NCBI GenBank assembly: GCA_963834935.1
Contig: CAWIDS010000001.1
Coordinates: forward strand, 65,338-129,337
Direction: 5' to 3'
DNA from: Candidatus Nomurabacteria bacterium
GTDB lineage: Bacteria > Patescibacteriota > Minisyncoccia > Phycocordibacterales > CALRBL01
DNA: 64,000 bases
In this document: in pieces, positions 18,072 to 27,628 of the stretch
Numbering within the stretch: the first letter of the stretch is position 1
Layout: each line of letters opens with the position of its first letter
Made by a program: the position numbers and the translations under genes
Notes under the pieces: model-generated
What the model was told of the DNA's origin: nothing
Seen by the model: the letters and a program-made list of their open reading frames with translations, nothing else
Database searches by the model: none

Positions 18072-18707
18072 CTAGAGCTCGGTTTCCTTGCCGATTTCGA
18101 GAGAAACCATTTGGATGCCAGCTTTGCCGAAGAACATCTCCGGCAGACGTGTGGTCAAGCCATGCCGGATAACATTGCCATCATGAACCGGGAAAGCCAA
18201 TCGGGGTTTGATTTCCAAGACATATTCCACTGATTCGGAAATCTTTGACCATGGAGCGGTGATAGGGAAAGCAAGAATGTCGAGGGGGATTTGAGGATTA
18301 TAGAAAGCATCACCAGGGTAAAAAAGCTTTCCATCAAAAAGATATCCAGTATTTTCAACTTGCTCATAATCCTTAAAGATCATTGCATGCGTGGTGCCAT
18401 AACCGGCAATCTCGATTCCCTTCGCATCAGTCTTCTCTCTGTCCGAGACTTTTTCATATGGGATATTTTCCTTGTCGAGGATTTTTCCGACTGACGCGTT
18501 GGTAATTATTTTCGCTTGCGGATTATTTTGCATCACGATCTTGAGTGAATCAACATGAAGATGATCAGTGTGTTCATGGGTAATAACAACAAAATCAATT
18601 CCCCTCACTTCATTCTGAGCTGTCGTGTAATTTCCCGGATCAGTCAGGAATTTCACGCCGTTTATGTCTAACAAGAGGCAGCAATGGCCTAGTTTGGTTA
18701 TTTTCAT
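18072..18707 (-). CDS. MBL-fold metallo-hydrolase
   Basis: 211 aa carrying the 'HEHTDH' metal-binding motif. Confidence 0.75.
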   Translation of the reverse strand: MKITKLGHCCLLLDINGVKFLTDPGNYTTAQNEVRGIDFVVITHEHTDHLHVDSLKIVMQNNPQAKIITNASVGKILDKENIPYEKVSDREKTDAKGIEIAGYGTTHAMIFKDYEQVENTGYLFDGKLFYPGDAFYNPQIPLDILAFPITAPWSKISESVEYVLEIKPRLAFPVHDGNVIRHGLTTRLPEMFFGKAGIQMVSLEIGKETEL

Positions 18708-18737
18708 ATTTTTAGGGAATTAGCTGAAGCTGATAAT

Positions 18738-18823
18738 TGGTGCGTCGGGAAGGATTCGAACCTTCGTAGGCCGAAGCCGACAGATTTACAGTCTGTTGTA
18801 ATTGACCACTCTACCACCGACGC
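18738..18823 (-). tRNA. tRNA-Tyr (anticodon GTA)
   Basis: Anticodon loop TGTAAAT, a long variable arm, and the CCA encoded. Confidence 0.8.
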
Positions 18824-18851
18824 ATGCATGCTAGATTAGCACACGCCGGAC

Positions 18852-21541
18852 TTATCTCGCAACTTCTTTCGGAGAGCTTCGCATGATGCTTCCCTTCTTT
18901 CCTTTTTTCACTTCGAAGTTGAAATCCTTCACTCCCTTCGAGACTTCCTTCATGGTGACGCAGACGCTTCCGCCTTTCATCAAGCCGTCGCGGACGATGA
19001 GCGACGCGAGCGGAGTGAGGATCTTGTTCTGGATGAGCCGCTTCAAAGGGCGCGCTCCGTATTGAGGGTTGTATCCTTCTTTCGAGAGGAAGGATAGCAC
19101 TTCGGCTAAACATCAAGCTTGATCTCCTTTTGCATCAGTCGCTTCTTGACCTTGTCGACTTCGATAGCCACAATCTTCTCGATCGCTTCGGGAGACAGCA
19201 CGTCGAAAACGATGATCTCATCGAGGCGGTTGATGAATTCGGGTCGGAAATTATCCTTCAAGGAATCCATGACCTTGGTCTTCATTTCTTCATAGCGTTC
19301 CTTTTCACCTTCGCTTGTAGTGAAGCCGATCTTTTCCATGCGGTCGATGTACTGCGCGCCGATGTTCGAAGTGAGAATGATGATGGTGTTTTTGAAATTG
19401 ACTACTTTTCCTTTGGCATCAGTAAGACGGCCATTATCGAGAACCTGCAGCAGTATATTGAATACTTCAGGATGCGCCTTCTCGATCTCATCGAAAAGGA
19501 TGACGCTGTAAGGGCGGTGGCGGACAAGCTCAGTAAGATTGCCTCCTTCGTCGTGGCCGACGTAGCCCGGAGGTGCGCCGATGATCTTCGATACCGCATG
19601 CTTTTCCATATATTCAGACATATCCACGCGAATGAGAGCTTTGTCGTCATCGAACATGAATTCTGCGAGGGCTTTAGTGAGCTCCGTCTTTCCTACACCT
19701 GTCGGGCCGAGGAAAATGAATGAGCCTATAGGGCGGTTTGGATCGGCGATACCCGCGCGCGAGCGCTTGACGGTATCAGACACTTTCTTTACAGCTTCAT
19801 CCTGGCCGACAATCTTAGCAGTAAGCGATTCTACCATGCGGTTGAGCTTCTCGCGCTCTTCTTCAAGCATTCGAGAGACAGGAATTCCCGTCCAGCGCGA
19901 AACCACATCAGCAATCTCGCTTTCGGTAATCTCTTCTTTTATGATCCTTCGCGTGCTCTGAAGCTTCTTCAGGCGCTTGGTCTTAATGTCGAGTATCTTT
20001 TCCTGGTCGGGAATCTTGACGTAGCGGATCTCAGCAGCTTTCGAGAGATCTGCGCGAGCTTCGGCTGATTCAGCATCGAGACGCAAGCCTTCAAGATTTC
20101 TCTTTATGGTCTTGATGTCGGCGAACGTCTCTTTCTCATTCTTCCATCGCATCTCGATTTCCGAAGTCTTCTCCTTGAGATCGGCAATGTCTTTCTCTAT
20201 TTCCTTGATCCGGGCTTTGGCATTTTTGTTGCTGTCCATCTCATTCTTGAGCGCCTCTTTCTCTATCTCATAGCGCATTATTTTCCTATGAGCTTCTTCA
20301 AGGATAGGCGGCTTGTTCTCAAGTGATATTTTTAGATATGAAGCAGACTCGTCGATGAGGTCGACAGCCTTGTCTGGCAGGAACCGGTCAGTAATGTAGC
20401 GGCTCGAAAGCTCGACTGCCGATACGATAGCGTCATCAGTAATGCGGACGCCGTGATAGAGCTCGTACTTTTCCTTGAGTCCTCGAAGAATAGCCACTGC
20501 ATCCTCAATCGAAGGCTCATTCACATACACAGGCTGGAAACGGCGCGTGAGCGCAGGATCCTTCTCGATATGCTTCTGATATTCGCGAAGCGTCGTTGCT
20601 CCGATTGCACGAAGCTCACCACGAGAAAGCGCAGGCTTAAGCATGTTAGATGCATCAAGCGATCCTTCGGCAGCGCCAGCTCCCACGATCGTGTGTATCT
20701 CGTCGATGAAAAGAATTACTTTATCGCCTGAGCGTTCGATGTCTTTCAAAATGTTTTTTAATCGTTCCTCGAACTCTCCGCGGTATTTAGTGCCGGCAAC
20801 CAGGCTGCCCATGTCGAGCGAAACGAGGTCTTTGTCTTTCAGCGATTCAGGCACATCGCCGATGGCAATACGATTGGCCAAGCCTTCGGCAATCGAAGTC
20901 TTTCCGACTCCTGCCTCGCCGATGAGAATGGGGTTGTTTTTGGTGCGACGCGAAAGGATCTGGATGACCCGTCCTATTTCAGCATCGCGTCCAATGACCG
21001 GATCCAATTTGTTTTCACGGGCCAGCGAGGTGAGATTACGAGTGTATTTAAGAAGCGCCTTGAGCTTTTTGGGGTGATTGCCGTCAGATTGCTTGGTCTG
21101 CTTGAGCTCACCAAGCGCCTTGAGAATGTCAGTGCGGCTGATCTTGAATTTGTCGAGCATCTCGCGCGCCGGACTCGGCACATCAAAAAGGGCGATGAAA
21201 AGATGTTCGACTGAGACGAATTCGTCTTTGAGCGACGCGGCTACTTTTTCGGACGTCTCGATTATGGAAGCAAGCTCTGGCGTGAGATAAAGCTGGTATG
21301 AAGGCGAAAGGACCGACGACGCTTCGGCCGGCTCGATGGCTTCAAGCAATGAGTCAGAAAGAAGGATAGTGTCGATTTCTAAACTTTCGAGGAGAGAGAT
21401 GACGATACTATCCTCCTGAAGGAGAAGAGCTGTCATCAGATGCAACGGATTGACATGATTCTGGCCGCGCTCGATGGCGAACTCATGGGCTCGCCTGATT
21501 ATTTCCTTTGCTTTTGTCGTAAATTTATTTAGTGGTGGCAT
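18852..21541 (-). CDS. clpB: ClpB/Hsp104-type AAA+ disaggregase, interrupted by a single frameshift near 19100
   Basis: The 811-aa ORF (19106..21541) carries the N-domain, NBD1, the M-domain coiled-coil and NBD2. The 82-aa ORF (18852..19100) carries the C-terminal 'GYNPQYGARPLKRLIQ' motif. The two are joined by a 1-nt indel in a T run (cttgatgTTTagcc). Confidence 0.85.
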
Positions 21542-21572
21542 TTTTATTTATGTTTTATTCTCTTGAATTATA

Positions 21573-22727
21573 CTACTTCTTCATAATAGTCAATATTTTT
21601 GCAATAAGACGGCTGACATCGCGTGATGTAGTGTATCTGCCAAGGGTGATGCGAAGGGAGCTGCGGGAACAATCGGTGTTTTTCTGTATAGCTTCCACTA
21701 CATACGATGACGAATCTTCGCTCAATGTCTTACAGCTCGTCACCGATGAGACAGCTGCGCCGAGCACATCCAAGCGAAGCACTGCATATTCGGCATCAAA
21801 GCCTGGCAGACATACATTGACATTATTCGGCAATCGCAGTTCCCTGTCGCCGTTGACGATGAGATTCGGCACTTCCCGCAGCAACGAGACGAAGATCCTT
21901 TCCCTTTCCTTTTTCAATCGCGCAGATTCCTTTTCATTTTTCGCTGCCGCGATTTTCAGTGCTTCCGCAAAGCCGACTATGCCTGCAATGTTTTCAGTTC
22001 CTGGTCTGACGCTTTCTTCCTGCCCGCCGCCGAACATGATCGGAGAAATTTGCACTCCATGCTTCTTGAAGAGCATGCCGACGCCTTTCGGACCGTAAAA
22101 CTTCGAGGAATCAAGAGTGAGAAAATCCGCACCCAAATCATTCACCCGCAGCGAAAGATACAAGGCTGCTTGACAGGCATCGACATGAAAAAGGACTTCG
22201 CGCGCTTTCAGTGTCTTTCCTATCTCGCGAATCGGCTGAATCGTGCCAATCTCATTGTTCGCATACATCACCGACACGAGCACCGTCTCTTTTTTCAATG
22301 CTTCTTCTATTTTTTTAGCTTTGACGATTCCGTTTTCTTCCGGAACGACATATGTTACTTCGGCGCCAAGAGCTTCCAAATGCCTAAAAACCTCGAGAAC
22401 AGAGGAATGTTCGATCGAAGTGGTGACAAAATGGATCCTCTCACTCTTTAATACGTTTTTATGATGGAAATAGGTGCCAAGAATAGCAATATTGTTCGAT
22501 TCCGTCCCGCCGCTCGTAAAGAAAACCTCGCCCTTCTGACATTGCAGGATCGAAGCCGTCGTTTTCCGCGAATCCTCGAGCGCTTTCTTGGTCTCCACCC
22601 CCTCACGGTACAACGACGATGAGTTGGCAAATTTACCACCCAAATACGGCTTCATTGCCCGAAAAACCCTTTTATCCAAAGGAGTTGCCGAAGCGTAGTC
22701 AAAATAGGCTCTTTTCTTAAATAACAT
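21573..22727 (-). CDS. Cysteine desulfurase (class V aminotransferase, NifS/IscS family)
   Basis: 384 aa. 'YFDYASATPLD', the PLP-Lys region 'LDSSKFYGPKGVG' and the active-site Cys region 'SSVTSCKTL' are present. Confidence 0.85.
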   Translation of the reverse strand: MLFKKRAYFDYASATPLDKRVFRAMKPYLGGKFANSSSLYREGVETKKALEDSRKTTASILQCQKGEVFFTSGGTESNNIAILGTYFHHKNVLKSERIHFVTTSIEHSSVLEVFRHLEALGAEVTYVVPEENGIVKAKKIEEALKKETVLVSVMYANNEIGTIQPIREIGKTLKAREVLFHVDACQAALYLSLRVNDLGADFLTLDSSKFYGPKGVGMLFKKHGVQISPIMFGGGQEESVRPGTENIAGIVGFAEALKIAAAKNEKESARLKKERERIFVSLLREVPNLIVNGDRELRLPNNVNVCLPGFDAEYAVLRLDVLGAAVSSVTSCKTLSEDSSSYVVEAIQKNTDCSRSSLRITLGRYTTSRDVSRLIAKILTIMKK

Positions 22728-22913
22728 GCCCAGATACTAGCATAAAGTAGCAAATATCATGTATTCTGCGGCATGAATTTTTCCTTCACTAAAGCAGCAG
22801 GATAGCCTAACCCGTTCGGTCAAAATATGCCGCAGACTACATGAGATATGTCATTTTATGCTTTATTTTACTTGTTTTTTAAGAAAAACTGTGGTATTTT
22901 GCAATAATCACTT

Positions 22914-24380
22914 ATGAAAAATCGTCCGCCAATCGTAGCCATTCTCGGGCATATCGACCATGGAAAGTCGACGCTTTTGGACTATATTCGCAAATCGAAC
23001 ATTACTGAGAAGGAGACGGGTGGAATCACCCAGAACATGTCGGCTTATGAAGTGGAAAAAGATGGAAAGAAAATCACTTTCCTCGATACACCAGGACATG
23101 AAGCCTTTCAGAAGCTTCGCGGACAAGGAGCGAAAGTAGCGGACATCGGCATCTTGGTGGTTTCAGCGGAAGACGGAGTGAAGACCCAAACCATTGAAGC
23201 GCTCAAAGCCATCCTTGAAGCCAAGCTTCCTTACATCGTCGCCATCAACAAGATCGACAAGGAAGGCGCTGACCTCGAATGCACCAAGCAAAGCCTTTTG
23301 GAAAATGAGATTTACGTCGAAGGATACGGCGGAAGCATTCCTTATGTTCCCGTTTCAGCAAAGACAGGCAAAGGAGTTCCCGAGCTACTCGACATGATCA
23401 GCCTGCTTTCGGAAATGGAAGAAATTACCGCCGATCCGAGCATTCCCGCAAAAGGAATCGTTCTCGAGACCAATCACGACAAGGCACGCGGAGTTTCAGC
23501 GGTACTCATCATAAAAGACGGAACTTTGAAAAGCGGAATGTTCGTGGCATCAGAAGAAGCTTTCGCGCCGGTCCGCATCTTCGAGAATAGCTCAGGCTCC
23601 CCTATCAAGGAAGCAACATTCTCTGCTCCAGTCCGAGTTGTCGGCTGGAACGGCACGCCGCGCGTCGGTGCCACATTCGCATCATTCGCTTCGAAGAAAG
23701 AAGCTGAGGAAGCTGTCGAAAGCTACAAGAAAAATAATTCTCAAACGAAAGTTCAGAACAAGAAACCTCTTCCCGCTGTCTTTGTTCCTGTTGTCATAAA
23801 AGCGAATACCTCAGGCGTCCTTGAAGCGATCGAGCACGAGATACGGAAATACGAGACCGAGAATATCGGCGTCAACATCGTCGCAGCCGGCGTCGGAGAC
23901 ATCTCAGAGAATGACATCAAGCTCGCATCCGCCAATGAAAAGACCTTGGTCATCGGCTTCAATACCAAGATCTACCCTTCCGCCTTTTCTCACGCCGATA
24001 AAACAGGAATTGAGGTAAAAGTGTTCGACATCATCTACAAGCTCGGAGATTGGGTGAAGGAAGTGATAGCCGAGCGCACTCCACGTGTCGAAGTCGAAGA
24101 AGAGCGAGGAAAAATAAAAGTATTGAAGATTTTCAGCAAGACCAAAGACAAGCAGATCGTCGGAGGCCGCGTCGAGCAAGGTTCGATCGCCTTGAATGAC
24201 GAAGTGAAGATCTTCCGTCGCGAAGCGGAAATCGGCACCGGCCGCGTCCGCGAACTTCAGCAAGCTAAAGCAAAAACCAGCGAAGTGAAAGAGGGTTTGG
24301 AATTCGGTTCAATGATCGAATCAAAAATAGAAATCGCTCCTGGAGACTATCTGAAACCGATTGCTATCGTCGTAAAATAA
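22914..24380 (+). CDS. infB: Translation initiation factor IF-2, short form lacking the N-terminal domains
   Basis: 488 aa. G-domain motifs 'GHIDHGKSTLLD', 'DTPGHEAF' and 'NKID', followed by the C-terminal beta-barrel domains. Confidence 0.9.
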   Translation: MKNRPPIVAILGHIDHGKSTLLDYIRKSNITEKETGGITQNMSAYEVEKDGKKITFLDTPGHEAFQKLRGQGAKVADIGILVVSAEDGVKTQTIEALKAILEAKLPYIVAINKIDKEGADLECTKQSLLENEIYVEGYGGSIPYVPVSAKTGKGVPELLDMISLLSEMEEITADPSIPAKGIVLETNHDKARGVSAVLIIKDGTLKSGMFVASEEAFAPVRIFENSSGSPIKEATFSAPVRVVGWNGTPRVGATFASFASKKEAEEAVESYKKNNSQTKVQNKKPLPAVFVPVVIKANTSGVLEAIEHEIRKYETENIGVNIVAAGVGDISENDIKLASANEKTLVIGFNTKIYPSAFSHADKTGIEVKVFDIIYKLGDWVKEVIAERTPRVEVEEERGKIKVLKIFSKTKDKQIVGGRVEQGSIALNDEVKIFRREAEIGTGRVRELQQAKAKTSEVKEGLEFGSMIESKIEIAPGDYLKPIAIVVK

Positions 24381-25168
24381 TGACTTACCACAACGAAAAA
24401 ATGAATGAGGAGATCCGACACCTCGCAGGAGAATTCCTCTCCCGCGAGTCGAATCGCGATGCCCTGATCACTGTCACTCGCATCGCTATGAGCGAAGATA
24501 CTAAATACGCCACGATTCTTTTCACCGTCCTTCCTGAGAACAAAGAGCACGCTGTCCTCGATTTCCTCAAGCGCCAGCGCCGCGACTTCAAACACTACGT
24601 CATGACCCACTCCAAGATCGGCCGCGTCCCCTTCTTCGATTTCGAAGTCGACAACGGCCAGAAAAGCGCTGACAAGATTTACGCTATGAATAGACACTAC
24701 TCGATATCCGTAATATTTCATATCCCCCGTCACTACTTTTAAGTTGTAAGGGAAATCCTCAATACTAAAATTTTTTCTGTCATTTTCATTTTCCGCATCA
24801 ACCTCCAGAATTCTTAATTTTTCCCCTTTAAATTCATCATACTTCAAAGAGAAAGAAATATCGTTTTGAACAAAATCAAACTCATAGCGTTTTTTCTCAA
24901 GATGAACTATTGAGGATTTCAGAAGTTCTTCATATTCTTCCTTATCAAGTTTTCTTTTATTGGTCTTTCTATTACCATCAATAGTTACTTTTTCCACCAT
25001 TAAGAACTGAACTTCTCCATTTTCAAAATTTTTAAAAACAATTTTCTTTTCGCTTTCTTCTTCTTTAGTTATCCAATCCACAATTAACGTAAATGAAATT
25101 GCATTATTTTTCTTCAGGAAATCAGTATCTATATCATCTACTATAAATTTTCTTGCGTTGTCTTCCAT
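24347..25168 (-). CDS. CYTH-domain protein (CyaB/triphosphatase-like) in an AT-rich islet. The ORF has no stop until it has run about 360 nt antisense through rbfA.
   Basis: The start M was set at 25168 because the upstream M at 25198 lies inside tRNA-Leu. CYTH motifs 'ARKFIVDD', 'KRYEFDFV', 'LRILEVDAENE' and 'VVTGDMKYYGYRV' are present. The expected domain end is near 24730. The tail is probably spurious or reflects a lost stop. Confidence 0.5.
   Translation of the reverse strand: MEDNARKFIVDDIDTDFLKKNNAISFTLIVDWITKEEESEKKIVFKNFENGEVQFLMVEKVTIDGNRKTNKRKLDKEEYEELLKSSIVHLEKKRYEFDFVQNDISFSLKYDEFKGEKLRILEVDAENENDRKNFSIEDFPYNLKVVTGDMKYYGYRVVSIHSVNLVSAFLAVVDFEIEEGDAADLGVGHDVVFEVAALALEEIEDSVLFVLRKDGEKNRGVFSIFAHSDASDSDQGIAIRLAGEEFSCEVSDLLIHFFVVVSHYFTTIAIGFR
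24380..24742 (+). CDS. rbfA: Ribosome-binding factor A
   Basis: 120 aa with the RbfA KH-like fold motif 'ALITVTRIAMSEDTKYATILFT'. The start overlaps the infB stop codon. Confidence 0.8.
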   Translation: MTYHNEKMNEEIRHLAGEFLSRESNRDALITVTRIAMSEDTKYATILFTVLPENKEHAVLDFLKRQRRDFKHYVMTHSKIGRVPFFDFEVDNGQKSADKIYAMNRHYSISVIFHIPRHYF

Positions 25169-25171
25169 TTG

Positions 25172-25253
25172 TGCGCGGGAGAGGACTCGAACCTCCATGC
25201 CTTACGGCACCAGTTCCTAAGACTGGCGTGGCTACCAATTACACCACCCGCGC
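25172..25253 (-). tRNA. tRNA-Leu (anticodon TAG)
   Basis: GCGCGGG acceptor stem, anticodon loop CTTAGGA and a long variable arm. It sits 4 nt from the CYTH start codon. Confidence 0.75.
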
Positions 25254-25281
25254 ATAATTTTATACTTACCGAATTACCGAG

Positions 25282-25354
25282 TCCACCCAGCAGGGATCGA
25301 ACCTGCGACCTTATCCTTAAGAGGCATCTGCTCTACCAGCTGAGCTATGGGTGG
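25282..25354 (-). tRNA. tRNA-Lys-like (anticodon CTT) with a poorly paired anticodon stem; possibly a pseudo-tRNA
   Basis: The acceptor, D and T arms are good (TAGCTCAGCTGGTAGAGC; GCAGGTTCGATCCCTGC). The anticodon loop is CTCTTAA, but the stem GATGC/GGATA has two mismatches. Confidence 0.5.
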
Positions 25355-25435
25355 ATATCCTTCTTATATCCTCAAGAAGGTTTGTTTTTTATAGCATTTT
25401 TCGGGTAAATAGACAAACATTTACCCTTTGAAAAA

Positions 25436-25711
25436 CTACTTTACAACTGCAGGAACTGCTTTCTCTTGGCTCAATTCAATTTCCAATCCTCCGGTGTACT
25501 TCGCTGCAAGATTATAAATCGATCCCATGATGATTCCGAGGATAAAACCTAGAACTCCATAAATGATTGGTATGAGGACGAGCGCCAATATTCCTACAAC
25601 AAGACTGGCTATGGCACCTCTGCTGTGATTCACCGCTGCTGAAATGATAAATATGAGAGCGAAAATCACTCCAAATATTGCCCCTAGAAAAGCATACAAG
25701 AAACCAAACAT
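25436..25711 (-). CDS. Small hydrophobic membrane protein, hypothetical
   Basis: 91 aa with two to three predicted TM helices. Confidence 0.4.
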   Translation of the reverse strand: MFGFLYAFLGAIFGVIFALIFIISAAVNHSRGAIASLVVGILALVLIPIIYGVLGFILGIIMGSIYNLAAKYTGGLEIELSQEKAVPAVVK

Positions 25712-25758
25712 CTACCTGCTGTTAACACTCCAATTTTTTTATTTTAAACATAGTTAAA

Positions 25759-27564
25759 TTATACTATTCTGCTTACCCTTTGACCATCTTCAAAAAAAGT
25801 CTCGTGCGGAATATTCACCTTTCCCCGCGCCTGCATTTTCTTCTTTCCTTTCTTCTGCTTTTCGCGGAGCTTCATCTTTCGGGTAATGTCTCCCCCGTAC
25901 ATGTGCTGAGTCACGTCTTTCTTGAAAGCGGAAAGCGTTTCTGAAGAGAGGATGCGGCCGAGCGCTTTTCCTTGGATCTTGGTGGTGAACATCTGGCGCG
26001 GCAAGACGCTGTGCAGACGCTTCACCGCTTTCTCTGCCTCTTCCTGCACGCGACGGACGGCAACCACACGGCAAAATGCCTCGACGGGTTCTTCGGCCAC
26101 CAAAATATCCAGACGTGTCACGTCGGCATTTCGCATGTCGTCAAATTCATATGAAAGCGAACCGAAGCCCGAGGAAACGCTTTTGAGCTCGTCGAAAAAG
26201 TTCCGCATCAATTCGCGAAGCGGCATTTTCACATTCAAAGTTGTTCTTCCATCGCCGAATGTCTCCGAGTCACCGATTTCCCCTTCATGCTCATACAAAA
26301 GCTGCAAGATCGGCCCGACATACGATGCTGGCGTGATTATCTTCATTTTCACCCACGGTTCCAAGACGCTTTCGATGTCTCCATGCTCGGGGAAAAACGA
26401 AGGAGAATAGATGATTTCAGTCTTGCCGTTTTTCTTTTTAACTTGGTAAGTGATCGACGGCGTAGCAATAACGAGAGCAAGGTGGAATTCCCTCTTCAAG
26501 CGCTCGGTGATAATTTCCAAGTGGAGAAGTCCAAGAAATCCGCAACGGAAACCGCGACCAAGAGATCCGGATGATTCTTCTTCATATGAAAATGACGAGT
26601 CCGAAAGACGAAGCTTTCCAAGAGCTTGCTTCAAGACATCGAAGTCGTCCGCGTCCTCGGGATAGATCGAGGCCCACACCACCGGACTAGGCGACATGTA
26701 TCCAGGCAATACATCAGCAGGATTTTTAAGAGTAGTGATGGTATCTCCAACCGATGCGATACCCGGTTTCTTGATTCCCGTCACGATGTAGCCAATGTCT
26801 CCCGCTTTGATTTCATCGCGGGGTTCTTCATCAGGCGTGAACACGCCCACTTCAAGCGAAGTAAATTTTTCATTCGCCACTTTGAAAAGTAGCGGCATGT
26901 TTTTTGAAAGGCTTCCGCCGAACATGCGGATATAGACAATCACGCCCTTGTGGTTTGAATAATGGAAATCGAAGACGAGAGCCTTCGCCTGATCAGCATC
27001 TTCCACTTTCGGAGGAGGAACTCGTTTGATGATTTCCTGCAAAAGCGTATCAACACCCATTCCTGTTTTTCCTGACGTCTCGATGATGTCCGAATCCTCG
27101 CAATCCAAAAGGGTACACATTTCCTGCTTGATTTCCTTGATCCGCGCCAGAGGAGAATCCACTTTCGAAAGGACCGGTATAATGGTCAGTCCGCTATCGC
27201 GCGCCATTTGAAGCGTAGTCAATGTCTGTGCCTGTACGCCTTGAGTGCTGTCCACCAGAAGAATGGAGCCCTCTACCGCTTTGAGTGCACGCGATACTTC
27301 ATAGAAGAAGTCGATATGGCCCGGCGTGTCGATCAAGTTCAAGGTATACGGAGTATTTTCGTAAGAATATTCCATGCGCACCGGCCGCATCTTGATGGTG
27401 ATTCCCTTCTCGCGCTCAAGCTCCATGCTGTCGAGCACCTGATCCTGCATCTTGCGGGCAGGAATGGTATTGGTGATTTCGAGCATACGATCAGCCAATG
27501 TCGACTTTCCATGGTCGATGTGGGCGATGATGCTGAAATTTCTGACTCGTACGAGAGGGTTCAT
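25759..27564 (-). CDS. lepA: Elongation factor 4 (LepA)
   Basis: 601 aa. G-domain 'IIAHIDHGKSTLADR', 'DTPGHIDF' and the LepA-specific C-terminal domain are present. Confidence 0.95.
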   Translation of the reverse strand: MNPLVRVRNFSIIAHIDHGKSTLADRMLEITNTIPARKMQDQVLDSMELEREKGITIKMRPVRMEYSYENTPYTLNLIDTPGHIDFFYEVSRALKAVEGSILLVDSTQGVQAQTLTTLQMARDSGLTIIPVLSKVDSPLARIKEIKQEMCTLLDCEDSDIIETSGKTGMGVDTLLQEIIKRVPPPKVEDADQAKALVFDFHYSNHKGVIVYIRMFGGSLSKNMPLLFKVANEKFTSLEVGVFTPDEEPRDEIKAGDIGYIVTGIKKPGIASVGDTITTLKNPADVLPGYMSPSPVVWASIYPEDADDFDVLKQALGKLRLSDSSFSYEEESSGSLGRGFRCGFLGLLHLEIITERLKREFHLALVIATPSITYQVKKKNGKTEIIYSPSFFPEHGDIESVLEPWVKMKIITPASYVGPILQLLYEHEGEIGDSETFGDGRTTLNVKMPLRELMRNFFDELKSVSSGFGSLSYEFDDMRNADVTRLDILVAEEPVEAFCRVVAVRRVQEEAEKAVKRLHSVLPRQMFTTKIQGKALGRILSSETLSAFKKDVTQHMYGGDITRKMKLREKQKKGKKKMQARGKVNIPHETFFEDGQRVSRIV

Positions 27565-27628
27565 GACGTCATACTAACAGAAACCCTAGTAAAAACAAAA
27601 GTTTGGTTTATTGTTTTTGTTAGGGTTT

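Noticed and set aside
19130-19961. Several + strand ORFs (197, 126 and 144 aa) inside the clpB region
   Set aside because: They are antisense to clpB. The ClpB motifs are unambiguous on the minus strand.
24347-24742. C-terminal ~130 aa of the CYTH ORF as real protein
   Set aside because: It lies antisense across the whole of rbfA and lacks any domain signal. Probably read-through caused by a missing stop (indel) rather than a genuine 360-nt convergent overlap.
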